Below, piece after piece: positions 8,089 through 16,965 of a stretch of 64,000 nt of DNA; position 1 is the first letter of the stretch, and every line of letters begins with the position of its first letter. Below the pieces are notes generated by a model. That model saw nothing but the letters and a program-made list of their open reading frames with translations, searched no databases and was not told the DNA's origin. Both the position numbers and the translations under genes were made by a program. The stretch comes from Alphaproteobacteria bacterium (GTDB lineage Bacteria > Pseudomonadota > Alphaproteobacteria > UBA828), in the NCBI GenBank assembly GCA_965237415.1, contig CBDEFM010000001.1, positions 352,001 through 416,000 on the forward strand. Reading direction: 5' to 3'.

Positions 8089-10593
8089 TCAGTGGACGCG
8101 GCGCAGGAACTCGGGGATCTCCAGCGCGTCGTCGGCCACGGTGCGGCCGTTGACGCGTCCGGGGTGCGGCACGGTCGCGTCCGTGTCGATCGCCTCGGCG
8201 AGCTGCGGGTCGGCCGGGGGTTCCTCCGGTCCGTCCCGTCCGTTCACCGGTTCCGGGCCGGCCTCGCCCTCCGCACGGGAGGGAGCCGCGTGGCCGTTGC
8301 CGTTGGCAGGGCCGTCCGGGACGTGCGCGTCGCCCGGCGCAGGCTCGGCGGAGTCGCCACTGCCGTTCGAAGCATCGACCGCACGGGCGACAGCGAGGCG
8401 TTCGGCGACAGCCGGCGAGTCGATGCTCTCGACCACCGACGTCGTGCGCGGCTTCTCCTCGGACTCGGATGTTGCCGTTGCATCCTCCGATGCGTCCGCG
8501 GGTTTCGCCGGCTCGTCCGCCACGGCGGGTTCGGCATTGGCGTCGTCTTCAACGCCGCCGCCCCCGTCGAACGCCGCGAAACCGGGCGGCGCCCAGGCGA
8601 GCGCGGCGGCATGCGCCGTGGCGCCGAGGCCGACCGGCGTGGCGCCGGCCGCGAACGCGGTCTCCATCGCGTCGGCGAGCTTCGTCTTCTTGTACTTCGC
8701 GCGCGCCGACGTCCAGGCTGCGCCGAACGTGTCTCTGGCGACGTCGAGGATGCGGCTCTTCGTGATGCGCGACCACAGCATGGCGGCGGTCGGCCGGACA
8801 TGCTTCGCGAAGTCGATGTCGAGCCGTGCGACGGTGGCTTCGAGCTCGGGCCGGGCGTCGTGCTCGAAGGCGAGCTGGCCCTTGACCGTGCGCGCGATCG
8901 CGGCCGCGAACAGCTTTTCCTTGTCGGACCGGGGCAATGCCCGGAGTGCTGCGAAGCAGGCCGCGTCGTCGTCCCCTTCCATCCACTCGAACGGCAGGTG
9001 CGACCAGTCGGCGAGCATTGCTTCGCCCGGGCTCCAGGCGGCGAAGTCCTCGTCGTTGGCCCGCATGGTGGGCCGGTCGGCGGTCTCGTTGAAGACGATG
9101 TCGAGCGCGTGATACGAGCCGGTGTAGCCGCGCGCGAACACGGCGCGCACGAGCTGGAACACCACGAGGTCGAAGGCGGCCTCGAAGTCCTCGGCCAGAT
9201 ACGCCTTCACGAGCGCGGTGCGGATGGCGCGCAGATCGTCGCCGAGCCCGATGCCGACGCCGGCTTCCGCGCGCGCCACGGCACGCGGGTCCACCGGTGA
9301 GGCGATCGGCGTCGTGATGGCGGGGCCGTCCACGCGTCCCGAATCTGTGCCGTCGCCATTTGCGCCGGTGCCGGCATCCTGGGCGTTGCTGTCGGCGGCG
9401 GGCTCCTTCGGCATGTCCTCGGGCTTCACCAACCCCTGGATGACCTGGAGCGAGCCGTCGCGCCCGACGGTGGCGATGCAGCCGGCAATCGCGAAATCCT
9501 CCCGCCGGAACGTCGCCCTCGCCTCGACATCGGCCTCGATCGCGTCGAGACGCGGCTCAATGGCTTCGGCCTCCTCGACCAGCTCGTCGGTCCAGTCGTC
9601 CTCGTCGAGGTTGACGAGCTCGTCATGGCGGAGCCGCAGCTTCTCGATCTCGGCGGTCTCCTCGGCCGTCGGCTGGCCGGGCTCGGGATGGATGCGGCCG
9701 TAGCGCGCGGTGGCGCTCCAGTCGACGTCCGGCACCGCCTCGGCCCACTTCCAGCGGGTCGCGAGCTCGTCGGCGGCGGCGGTTAGCTTCGCGATGGCGA
9801 GCTGGTTCAGAAGCGCCGGGTCCTCGAGCCAGACGCCGTTCTCGTGCTCGTCGGCGAAGAGGTCGCGCAACACCGGGCCGCCCGCGGCCTCGTAGGCGTC
9901 GACGCCGACATAGCGGGCCATGGCGGCGCCTGCCGGCACCCGTTCCTCGGTCAGCATGCGCTTCACCTGCCAGGCGCTCGGCCGGTGACCCTGGGCCGAG
10001 ACCTGCTCCCACACCGCGCGCTGGCGGTCGTGGTCGGTGGTGACGGCGAATGCCTTCAGCGTCTCGAGGTCGATCTCATCGGCGCGGTAGGCATCCAGCA
10101 GCTCGGGCGCGGCGTTGCCGAGCCGGAGGCGCTGCTCGACGATGCGCTCGCTGACGCCGAAACGCGCGGCGATGGAAGCCACCGTGACACCGGCCCCGGC
10201 GAGCTCGCTGAACGCGACCACCTGGTCGGCGGGGTGCATCGCGATGCGGATGACGTTCTCCGCGAGCGAGAGCTCGCCCGCATTGCCGTTCGCGGCGATC
10301 TTGCAGGGAACGGGGTGATCGGCATGGAGCGTGCCGTCCTCGGCGAGCGCCTTCAGCGCCGCGAGGCGGCGTCCGCCGGCGACGACGGCGAAGCATTCGA
10401 CGCCGTCATCATCCGCACCGTCGGCGCGGGCGACGAGGTTCTCCAGCAGGCCGTGGGCCTTGATGGACGCGCGGAGCTGGACCTGGGCGAAGTCGTCGGG
10501 CGGGGTCTTGCGCACGTTCTCGGGCGCAAGCGCGAGCCGGCAGAGCGGGATTTCCCGGATGAGCGGCTCGGGAGGGGAAGCGATCTGGTTCAT
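8089..10593 (-). CDS. parB: ParB/RepB/Spo0J-family protein (ICE/plasmid type, ~834 aa) with disordered tail
   Basis: ENVRKT, LRASIKAHGLLENL, VVAGGRRLAAL (ParB arginine patch), SLAENVIR..MHPADQ and HTH IAARFGVSERIVEQRLRL; ATG at 10593 with GGAG RBS; frame open upstream to ATG 11022. Confidence 0.88.
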   Translation of the reverse strand: MNQIASPPEPLIREIPLCRLALAPENVRKTPPDDFAQVQLRASIKAHGLLENLVARADGADDDGVECFAVVAGGRRLAALKALAEDGTLHADHPVPCKIAANGNAGELSLAENVIRIAMHPADQVVAFSELAGAGVTVASIAARFGVSERIVEQRLRLGNAAPELLDAYRADEIDLETLKAFAVTTDHDRQRAVWEQVSAQGHRPSAWQVKRMLTEERVPAGAAMARYVGVDAYEAAGGPVLRDLFADEHENGVWLEDPALLNQLAIAKLTAAADELATRWKWAEAVPDVDWSATARYGRIHPEPGQPTAEETAEIEKLRLRHDELVNLDEDDWTDELVEEAEAIEPRLDAIEADVEARATFRREDFAIAGCIATVGRDGSLQVIQGLVKPEDMPKEPAADSNAQDAGTGANGDGTDSGRVDGPAITTPIASPVDPRAVARAEAGVGIGLGDDLRAIRTALVKAYLAEDFEAAFDLVVFQLVRAVFARGYTGSYHALDIVFNETADRPTMRANDEDFAAWSPGEAMLADWSHLPFEWMEGDDDAACFAALRALPRSDKEKLFAAAIARTVKGQLAFEHDARPELEATVARLDIDFAKHVRPTAAMLWSRITKSRILDVARDTFGAAWTSARAKYKKTKLADAMETAFAAGATPVGLGATAHAAALAWAPPGFAAFDGGGGVEDDANAEPAVADEPAKPADASEDATATSESEEKPRTTSVVESIDSPAVAERLAVARAVDASNGSGDSAEPAPGDAHVPDGPANGNGHAAPSRAEGEAGPEPVNGRDGPEEPPADPQLAEAIDTDATVPHPGRVNGRTVADDALEIPEFLRRVH

Positions 10594-11154
10594 GGAAGTC
10601 TCCGTCGATGAGGGAAATGGCGCGGCACGCGGCCTCTCCGGCCCGCCCGCGTCCGCCCGGCCGGGGCTCGTCTCCGCCTCGACAGGGCGCGCAGGCGGGG
10701 ACACGGAAATGTCGGCGGGACTGTGGCCGAGAGCCCCGGTTGGGTCGGCCGGGTGGCACGGGAGGGTGGTTGCCGGCTCGACAGTTCGAGCCGGCGGGTC
10801 GGCCTGGTCCGCGGCGTCGTCGAGAAGGCGCGCGGCCTTGTGGAGCGCTGTGGCTGCATCGCGCATGCACCGGGCGCTCACCGGTATCTCGGGGTACAGG
10901 TCGGGATCGGAGGTCCAGGCAATCCAGAAGGACAGCCCGGCGAGGGCTTCGAGCGCCTGCCTGAGGGCCTCGGCAGGGGCGCCGTGGATGGCGCGTTCGA
11001 ATACGGTCCTGTCGCGGGACATGTCGGACTCCTCCGATGGCGGAAACCGGCCCACCGCCCCCGCGCCATGGCGAGGCACGGGCGGCACGGGGGCATGTGC
11101 GGATATGGCGGGCGCGGAATTGGCGGGGCCGGTCGCGGCCGGATAGCGGGCGCT

Positions 11155-12498
11155 TCAACCCGTGGGAATGTCGATGCGTTCGCCCCAGGGCTCGCGGTTC
11201 CAGTCCGACGGCGGGTCCGAATAGTTGACCCAGCAGACCCCGAAATCAGGCTCAACCTCGGGGTAGCTGGAGCACTCCATGTCCGTGAAATACAGGCACA
11301 CCCCCGGCCGGATACCCTGCTCGTCGAGCCAGGCGAAGCCCGGCCGGAAGTCGGTGCCGCCCCGGCCCCTGATCACGATCTCGTCGGGGAGATCGTCGGC
11401 GGTGTATTCGGCCGCGTCCTGTACCGCCGAGTCGACCTGGAGGACGATGACGCGCTCCGGCTGGATCTCGGTCGCGACCTCGCGCAGCTCGGCCCAGAAC
11501 TCGGCAAGGGTCGCCGCGGGGAGCGAGCCCGAGGTGTCGACGATGACCGCGATCGCGTCGATGCCCTCGGAGCGGATCGAGGGCAAATAGAGTCCCGAGT
11601 CGATGAAGCGCCGGTTGGGCAGGCTCCAGCTGTAGTCGCGGCGCGCGGCGTCGGTCATGTAGCGGCGCAGCAGCGCACGCCAATCCAGCATGCTGGCGTG
11701 GGCGCCCTTCACCGTCTCCTCGACCCCGCCCGGCGCCTTGCCCTCGGCCTTGGCGAGATTGAGGGCCTGATGCATGGCCTCGTCCCACGCCTGCTCCTCG
11801 GCGATGACATCCACCGGCGACTCGTCCGCCTCGCCGTTGCCGCCGCCGCGGGCGCCCGCGTCCATGATCTCTCCGGTGCCGGAGGGATCGTGGCTCGCCG
11901 GTGCGTCGGACCCATCGCCCTGGCCATCCCCGTCCTGGCCGTCCGCATCCTCGTCGCCGCCATCGTCCGGGGAAGCGGAGGAACTGTCCGACTCCCCGTC
12001 ATCGTCACCGGGCGGCGACGGGGCGACTGCTCCGGCGCCGGAGCTTCCGCCGGACGGCGCGTTGCCGTCGTCGCCGGGATCTCCGTCCTGCGGCTCGGTC
12101 AGGCGGTCGTAGGCCTGCTCGACACTGAGCCCGTCCCAAGCCTCGGCCTCGGGCGGCAGGGTGAAGCCCGCGTCGCGCACGAGCGCGTGGGTGACGAGCT
12201 GCGAGGCCTGCTGCCAGCGCTCCGGGTCGCGCTCGCCCCGGCGGGTGTGGTGCTTCAAGGCGCAGGCCATCACAACGCGTGCCATCGCGGTCTCGATGAC
12301 ATGGGCATCGGTGTCGGCGATCCAGCGGGGCGAGTAGCGGATCTCGTGCCCGTCGCTCGCCAGTGTCTCGCGGCTCGGATCGGCGCGGAGCGGGAGCCGG
12401 AGCGCGAGGCTGCCGAAGAAGGGCTGCTTGCGCAGGAGCTCGGTCACGGTGGCGCTGGTGCGCTGCGCCGATTCCGTCTGCACGCGGCCGGCCATCAC
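11155..12498 (-). CDS. DUF2201-type protein: metallopeptidase-like N-domain, acidic linker, vWA-like C-domain
   Basis: PFFGSLAL..TLASDG..HHTRRGERDPERW; vWA motifs VIVDTSGS, GRGGTDFRPGF and YFTD. Confidence 0.82.
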   Translation of the reverse strand: MMAGRVQTESAQRTSATVTELLRKQPFFGSLALRLPLRADPSRETLASDGHEIRYSPRWIADTDAHVIETAMARVVMACALKHHTRRGERDPERWQQASQLVTHALVRDAGFTLPPEAEAWDGLSVEQAYDRLTEPQDGDPGDDGNAPSGGSSGAGAVAPSPPGDDDGESDSSSASPDDGGDEDADGQDGDGQGDGSDAPASHDPSGTGEIMDAGARGGGNGEADESPVDVIAEEQAWDEAMHQALNLAKAEGKAPGGVEETVKGAHASMLDWRALLRRYMTDAARRDYSWSLPNRRFIDSGLYLPSIRSEGIDAIAVIVDTSGSLPAATLAEFWAELREVATEIQPERVIVLQVDSAVQDAAEYTADDLPDEIVIRGRGGTDFRPGFAWLDEQGIRPGVCLYFTDMECSSYPEVEPDFGVCWVNYSDPPSDWNREPWGERIDIPTG

Positions 12499-13406
12499 GC
12501 CGCCTCCCGTGCGGGCTCGGCGGCGGGTTCGGCCGGGGCCGCGAAGTAGCCCGCGAACTTCTCCATCAGCGCATCGGCGTCGCGCTTCACGCGGGTGCGG
12601 GCGAGTGGGTCGAAGCTCCGCGACGGGCGCAGCGTATCGGGATCGACACTCGCGATCTTGTCCTTCACCTGCTCGCAGAGGCGCGCGAGATCGTCGTCGC
12701 CGAAGATGTTGAGACGTGGCACAACGTCAACGAGCTCGCGGATGTTCGCGATCATGGAGTCGCGGAACACCAGCGGCTTGCCGTTCTCGTCCTCCTGCAG
12801 GCGCTCGGAGACGCGCTCGACGGCCTCGCCGAAGCGGCGGTAGAGGTCGCCCACCGCACCGTGCAGGCGCTCCTCGATCTGTTGCTCGATGTCGCGCTTG
12901 ACCCGTTCGATGTCGTCCGTCGCGAGCTTGGCCATGAACTGCTCGGCGTCCTCGACCGCAGTGATGCGGTAGCGGATGGAGAACTTGCCCCGCAGCGCCT
13001 CCTTCGAGGGATAGTCCTCGATGCGGAAGAGCTTGCCGAGGTCGAGGCGGGCCTGGTCGATGTTCTCGTCGTAGTCCTCGATGAAGCGGGCGCGCTCGCG
13101 CACGATGCGCTCGCGGAAGCCGTCCATGAGCGCGGTGTAGCGGTCGTAGTTGGCGACGGTGAGGAGGCGCAAGCCCTGGTCGTCCCAGGGAAGCGTCTGC
13201 TCGTAGTGGGTCGAGCGAATCTTGCTCACGGTTGCCGTCAGGGCGGCGAAGGCGGCCTTGGGCAGGAGGCGTTTGTTGTAGCGCCCGGCGCTGGCCGCGG
13301 CGTCGTGGTGGGCGGCGACGTGGTTCGAGGCCTGGCGGTCGTAGAGCCGGCCGGACCAGGCGGTGATGCGCAAGCTGACCTGCATGGCGTCGTCGGTGAG
13401 GTTCAT
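12495..13406 (-). CDS. DUF3150-like helical protein
   Basis: WSGRLYD, NKRLLP, TLPWDDQGLRLL and DYPSKEALRGKF; sits between the MoxR AAA and vWA genes. Confidence 0.65.
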   Translation of the reverse strand: MNLTDDAMQVSLRITAWSGRLYDRQASNHVAAHHDAAASAGRYNKRLLPKAAFAALTATVSKIRSTHYEQTLPWDDQGLRLLTVANYDRYTALMDGFRERIVRERARFIEDYDENIDQARLDLGKLFRIEDYPSKEALRGKFSIRYRITAVEDAEQFMAKLATDDIERVKRDIEQQIEERLHGAVGDLYRRFGEAVERVSERLQEDENGKPLVFRDSMIANIRELVDVVPRLNIFGDDDLARLCEQVKDKIASVDPDTLRPSRSFDPLARTRVKRDADALMEKFAGYFAAPAEPAAEPAREAA

Positions 13407-13425
13407 GGGTTTCTCCCTGGTTGGG

Positions 13426-13575
13426 TTACCGGAGCGTCCACACGGGCACGCCCAGGGTCCGGGCGAGCTTCTCTCTCGCCGCTTCGAGGCTGGATGCGCG
13501 CACCTTGTATTCGCGCGAACCCCGCCTGCCGGCGGGGTAGTGGGTGATGCGCCAGAGCATGGCTTCCTCCGTCAT
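13426..13575 (-). CDS. Small hypothetical protein (49 aa)
   Basis: ATG at 13575 overlaps the AAA gene stop (ATGA); MTEEAMLWRITHYPAGRRGSREYKVRASSLEAAREKLARTLG. Confidence 0.45.
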   Translation of the reverse strand: MTEEAMLWRITHYPAGRRGSREYKVRASSLEAAREKLARTLGVPVWTLR

Positions 13576-14597
13576 TGCGTCTTGGCCGCGGCCCAGCGGA
13601 TGAAGGCCGGGGAGCGCTGCAACGCCGGCTCGCGGCGCACGCAGGACCCGACGAGGAACTCGCCGACCTCGCGCCGGAGCCGCGTGGCGTAGGTGACGAT
13701 GGCGTCGAAGTTGATGTCGCTGGCGAGGCGGTAGAGCGAGCCGCAGAGCGCCATCAGCGCGCTCGCGTTCTCCGGGATGTCGGCGTTCGCGGGGTCGTTG
13801 ATGACGGCCCTCGGATGAGGCAGCTCGCGCCAGACCTTCAGGAACGCGGCAAACTCGACCGCCGCGGCCTCGCCGATGGTGCCGCGGAACAGCGCGCGCT
13901 CGGCCGCCGGGTCGAGGCCGTTGCGGCGCTGCACGATGTTGCTCGCGAAATGCCAGGTCCTCGGACACGCAAACGCGCGTTCACGCGACTGTGGATCGAA
14001 GTGATGCAGGAGGTCCGGTTCGAGCTGGACGAAGAAGATCACCTCGGCCGCGATGCCGTTGGTGGCGGCCCAGGCGCACCAGTCGTCCGCATCGACGCGG
14101 ATCTCGAGGTGGACGAAGCGCGAGGCGAGCGGGGTCGGCATCCGGTGCACGACGCCGCGGTCGGATTCCCGGTTGCCGCAGGCGATGAGCGATGCACCCT
14201 CGGGCAGCTCGTATTCGCCGACTTTCCGGTCCAGCACCAACTGATACAGCGCCGCCTGTACCATGGGTACAGCCGAGGGCAGCTCTTCGAGATTGATGAG
14301 CCAGAGGCCGGGATCGTCCGACGGCGGCAGGAAGGCGGGCGGCGCCCAGCGGGTGCGGTCGGCGCTGTCGCGCCAGGGGATGCCGCGCAGGTCCACGGGG
14401 TCGAGAAGCAGCGCGCGGACGTCGACATACTGGCGGTTCGCGTCGGCCGCGACCTGCTGGGCGATCATCGATTTGGCGGCTCCGGGCGGTCCCCAGACCA
14501 TACAGGGCTGGCGGGCCTCGACGAGGAGCGCGAGCGTGCTGGCGAGCTCACTCGGGCGCAGCGTGTAGTCGGCGGAGATAGTGGCGGGATTAGTCAT
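13572..14597 (-). CDS. MoxR-like AAA+ ATPase (~341 aa) with variant Walker motifs
   Basis: WGPPGAAKS, DPVDLRGIP, LINLEELP, ACGNRESD and PLASRFVH; ATG at 14597 with GGAG RBS. Confidence 0.85.
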   Translation of the reverse strand: MTNPATISADYTLRPSELASTLALLVEARQPCMVWGPPGAAKSMIAQQVAADANRQYVDVRALLLDPVDLRGIPWRDSADRTRWAPPAFLPPSDDPGLWLINLEELPSAVPMVQAALYQLVLDRKVGEYELPEGASLIACGNRESDRGVVHRMPTPLASRFVHLEIRVDADDWCAWAATNGIAAEVIFFVQLEPDLLHHFDPQSRERAFACPRTWHFASNIVQRRNGLDPAAERALFRGTIGEAAAVEFAAFLKVWRELPHPRAVINDPANADIPENASALMALCGSLYRLASDINFDAIVTYATRLRREVGEFLVGSCVRREPALQRSPAFIRWAAAKTQ

Positions 14598-14852
14598 GGG
14601 CAGGGCTCCGAATGGCAGGGAATCGGCGCGGATGCCCTCCCCGGACATCCGGCCTTCGCCCCACCGGCTGCTCCGCTCCTGCTCTCTGCGGTTCGGCCTC
14701 ATGCGGCCGGCTGGATGACGGCGGCGGGGCGAACAGCGGGCAGGCCTGCCGTCAGGTGGGTGCGGCGGCCGGCTGTCGCGGAGAGGCAACGGAGAGGGCC
14801 GTCGTATACGGACGCGTCGGAGGCGTTGCCGGGTGCGCGGACGGCGTGTTAA

Positions 14853-15152
14853 ATGCCAGTCATGACCGGTTGGAGCGACAACATCGAGGCCGTCGCGCGT
14901 GCCGTGTGCGCGAAGAGGCTGGCGCATGACGGCATTAGCGAGGAGCAGCTCGCTGCCGACGTAGACATGTGGTGGCACTTGACTGCGGCGGAGCTCGAAT
15001 GCGGGGTCATCGACGAGACCGGGGAGTACGTGGGCGACGAGATCGACTGGAAACGCAATATGGACGGTTACCGCGACTGGATGCGCCGCCATCCCGAGAG
15101 CCGCGCGGTCTGGGAGACCGCCCGGTACGGGGCGCCGCTACCGCGAAATTGA
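14853..15152 (+). CDS. Hypothetical acidic protein (99 aa)
   Basis: Only plus-strand gene in the run; Trp/Asp/Glu-rich, protein-like sequence. Confidence 0.55.
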   Translation: MPVMTGWSDNIEAVARAVCAKRLAHDGISEEQLAADVDMWWHLTAAELECGVIDETGEYVGDEIDWKRNMDGYRDWMRRHPESRAVWETARYGAPLPRN

Positions 15153-16015
15153 TGGATGCCGCGGCCGGGCGGAGACGTGCTTGCGAAGGCCGAGCGCCCG
15201 GCGCGCCGACGCCGCATCGGCGTCCACGGGAATGCCGGTCAGGTCCGGCAGGTACTGCCGCGTGGGCGACAGGGTGTGACCGATTCGCCGTTCGAGGGCC
15301 GCGTATTTGACGTAGAGATCGGGGCGCAGCTCGGCCGCGCGGCGCAAGTCTGGTCGCGATGCGAAAATGCAGAACGAGCACGAGCATCTCGACAACCCGA
15401 ATGAGTAAACGGGGTGCGGCGATTGGCCGGCCTCGGCGATGATGCGGAAGACGTCTTCTGTGGTGAGCTCGAACACCGGCAGCCAGTCAAAGACCTCACG
15501 GCCCGCGACGCTCATGCGCTCGTTGCGGCGCCACGGGATGCGCCTGGCGCGCCCTCGGCTCTCGTCGCGCCGCAAGCCGAGGGCGTTGACGAGCCGTCCT
15601 TCGAAGCGGGGATGGGCTTTCAGGTAGCGGCGGAGCCGCGCTGGATAGGTCCGCGCTTCGCATCCGACGTGCACCATCTTGCTGATTTCGAGGGCCACAT
15701 CCCCCTCTCCTCGACGCGTTCGAGCAAGGTCTTGCCGGAGGCGACGGGAGCCGTGATGAGCGGCACGCCCGGCGGAATCGTGTTCTCGATATGCGCGATG
15801 GTGCCAGGCCACTCCACCTCGCCCAGGGGGGCATGAACGACGAGAAGCTGCTCGCGGGGAACGAGCTGCGAGAGCAGGACCGTCATGGATTGGCTGTCCT
15901 TGCCGCCGGAGTGATTGACGGCGACGAGAGTGCCGCGCCGGATCATGTCGCGGCACTCGGGAGGAATGGAAATATCGGAAGTGGGACGGCGATGAAGCGG
16001 AGTGCGCGTGCTCAT
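15138..16015 (-). pseudogene. PAPS-reductase-family protein, frameshifted
   Basis: SGGKDS and RWCTSDAKRGPI in ORF 15620..16015; GLRRDESRGR and SRCSCSFC in the next frame. One base missing near 15636 (cgc g-g ctc instead of cgc gag ctc) would join them. Confidence 0.8.
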
Positions 16016-16251
16016 GCCTCGTGTCCGTCGTGGTCAGTGAGGACCATGAATTTCGGAATCGAAACGAAGATCGGCGCGATCTGGTATCCGGTCTCGGCAT
16101 GGTGGTTGTCGGGCTCATGTCCGGTAGTGGCGACGATTGCTGCTGCGGGTTCGCCGTTCACGTGGGAACTAAATGGAGCGAAGTAGTCGTAGTCACCGCT
16201 CATGAGTGTCTGGAAGGCGCGCCGGTGTTCCTCGGTGATGTTGGTCGTCAT
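16012..16251 (-). CDS. Hypothetical protein (79 aa)
   Basis: ATG at 16251 with AGGGA RBS; stop overlaps the PAPS-reductase ATG (ATGA). Confidence 0.6.
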   Translation of the reverse strand: MTTNITEEHRRAFQTLMSGDYDYFAPFSSHVNGEPAAAIVATTGHEPDNHHAETGYQIAPIFVSIPKFMVLTDHDGHEA

Positions 16252-16601
16252 GGCAGTATCCCTCTGGATGGCGCATCGCGCGGAAACGGCGCGGCGGCCT
16301 CGCTCGGGCACACGCGCCTCGACCGGCTGCCGCAGAGCTCGCCTCGTCATGCAGGTCGGCAGGCTCACGGAGTCGAGACAGAGCGTTATCGTGCAGATGG
16401 GAGCGAACGGGTCTGCGGCTGGCAGAGGGTCAGGTGGGTGCTAAGGTAGGGCCTGAGGATGAAATGAATTCAAGGGGTCGGGGATTGCCTGGGTGCAGTG
16501 GCGAAATCGCACGGGACAACGAGAGACTAGGCAATGAAGGCGCGCCGGATTGCTTTGGCGGCAGTGGGCGGTGCGGGAACGCTGATCAGGGGAGACGTCA
16601 A

Positions 16602-16874
16602 GTGAGAAAGTCGGACCGGGCGAATCGCATCGCTGCAGAGGCGCTTGTGACCCCGCTCGCCGCGCAGACAGTGGTCGATATAACGTTCTCCGAGATCGCG
16701 GAGGTTCTGGCGTGGGGAGAGAAAGCCACTATTCGCGGGTTCGGTACATTCGCGACCACGCGCAGGACTGAGCGCGTCGGGAGAAACCCTCGCACCGGCG
16801 AACCAGCCGCGATACCGGCCTCGACATCCCGGTCATTTAGGGCATCCACAAGTCTCAGTGACGCGGCATACTGA
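16602..16874 (+). CDS. HU/IHF-family DNA-binding protein (drifted)
   Basis: GTG at 16602 after GGAG; GEKATIRGFGTF..RVGRNPRTGE signature. Confidence 0.75.
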   Translation: MRKSDRANRIAAEALVTPLAAQTVVDITFSEIAEVLAWGEKATIRGFGTFATTRRTERVGRNPRTGEPAAIPASTSRSFRASTSLSDAAY

Positions 16875-16965
16875 GTAACGGACAGTCTCCGCCAAAGAGG
16901 AACGGCAGATGCATCCTTACACCGTTCGTGGGGCTAGGTGACGAATCGTCAACGTGGCGGATTCA

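Noticed and set aside
27-12549. Long plus-strand ORFs (27..1028, 3144..4661, 6404..9112, 8092..9300, 10723..12549)
   Set aside because: Antisense shadows of motif-bearing minus-strand genes in high-GC DNA; no recognisable motifs
14598-15092. N-terminal extension of the MoxR ORF (506 aa)
   Set aside because: Low-complexity and antisense to 14853..15152; the RBS supports ATG 14597
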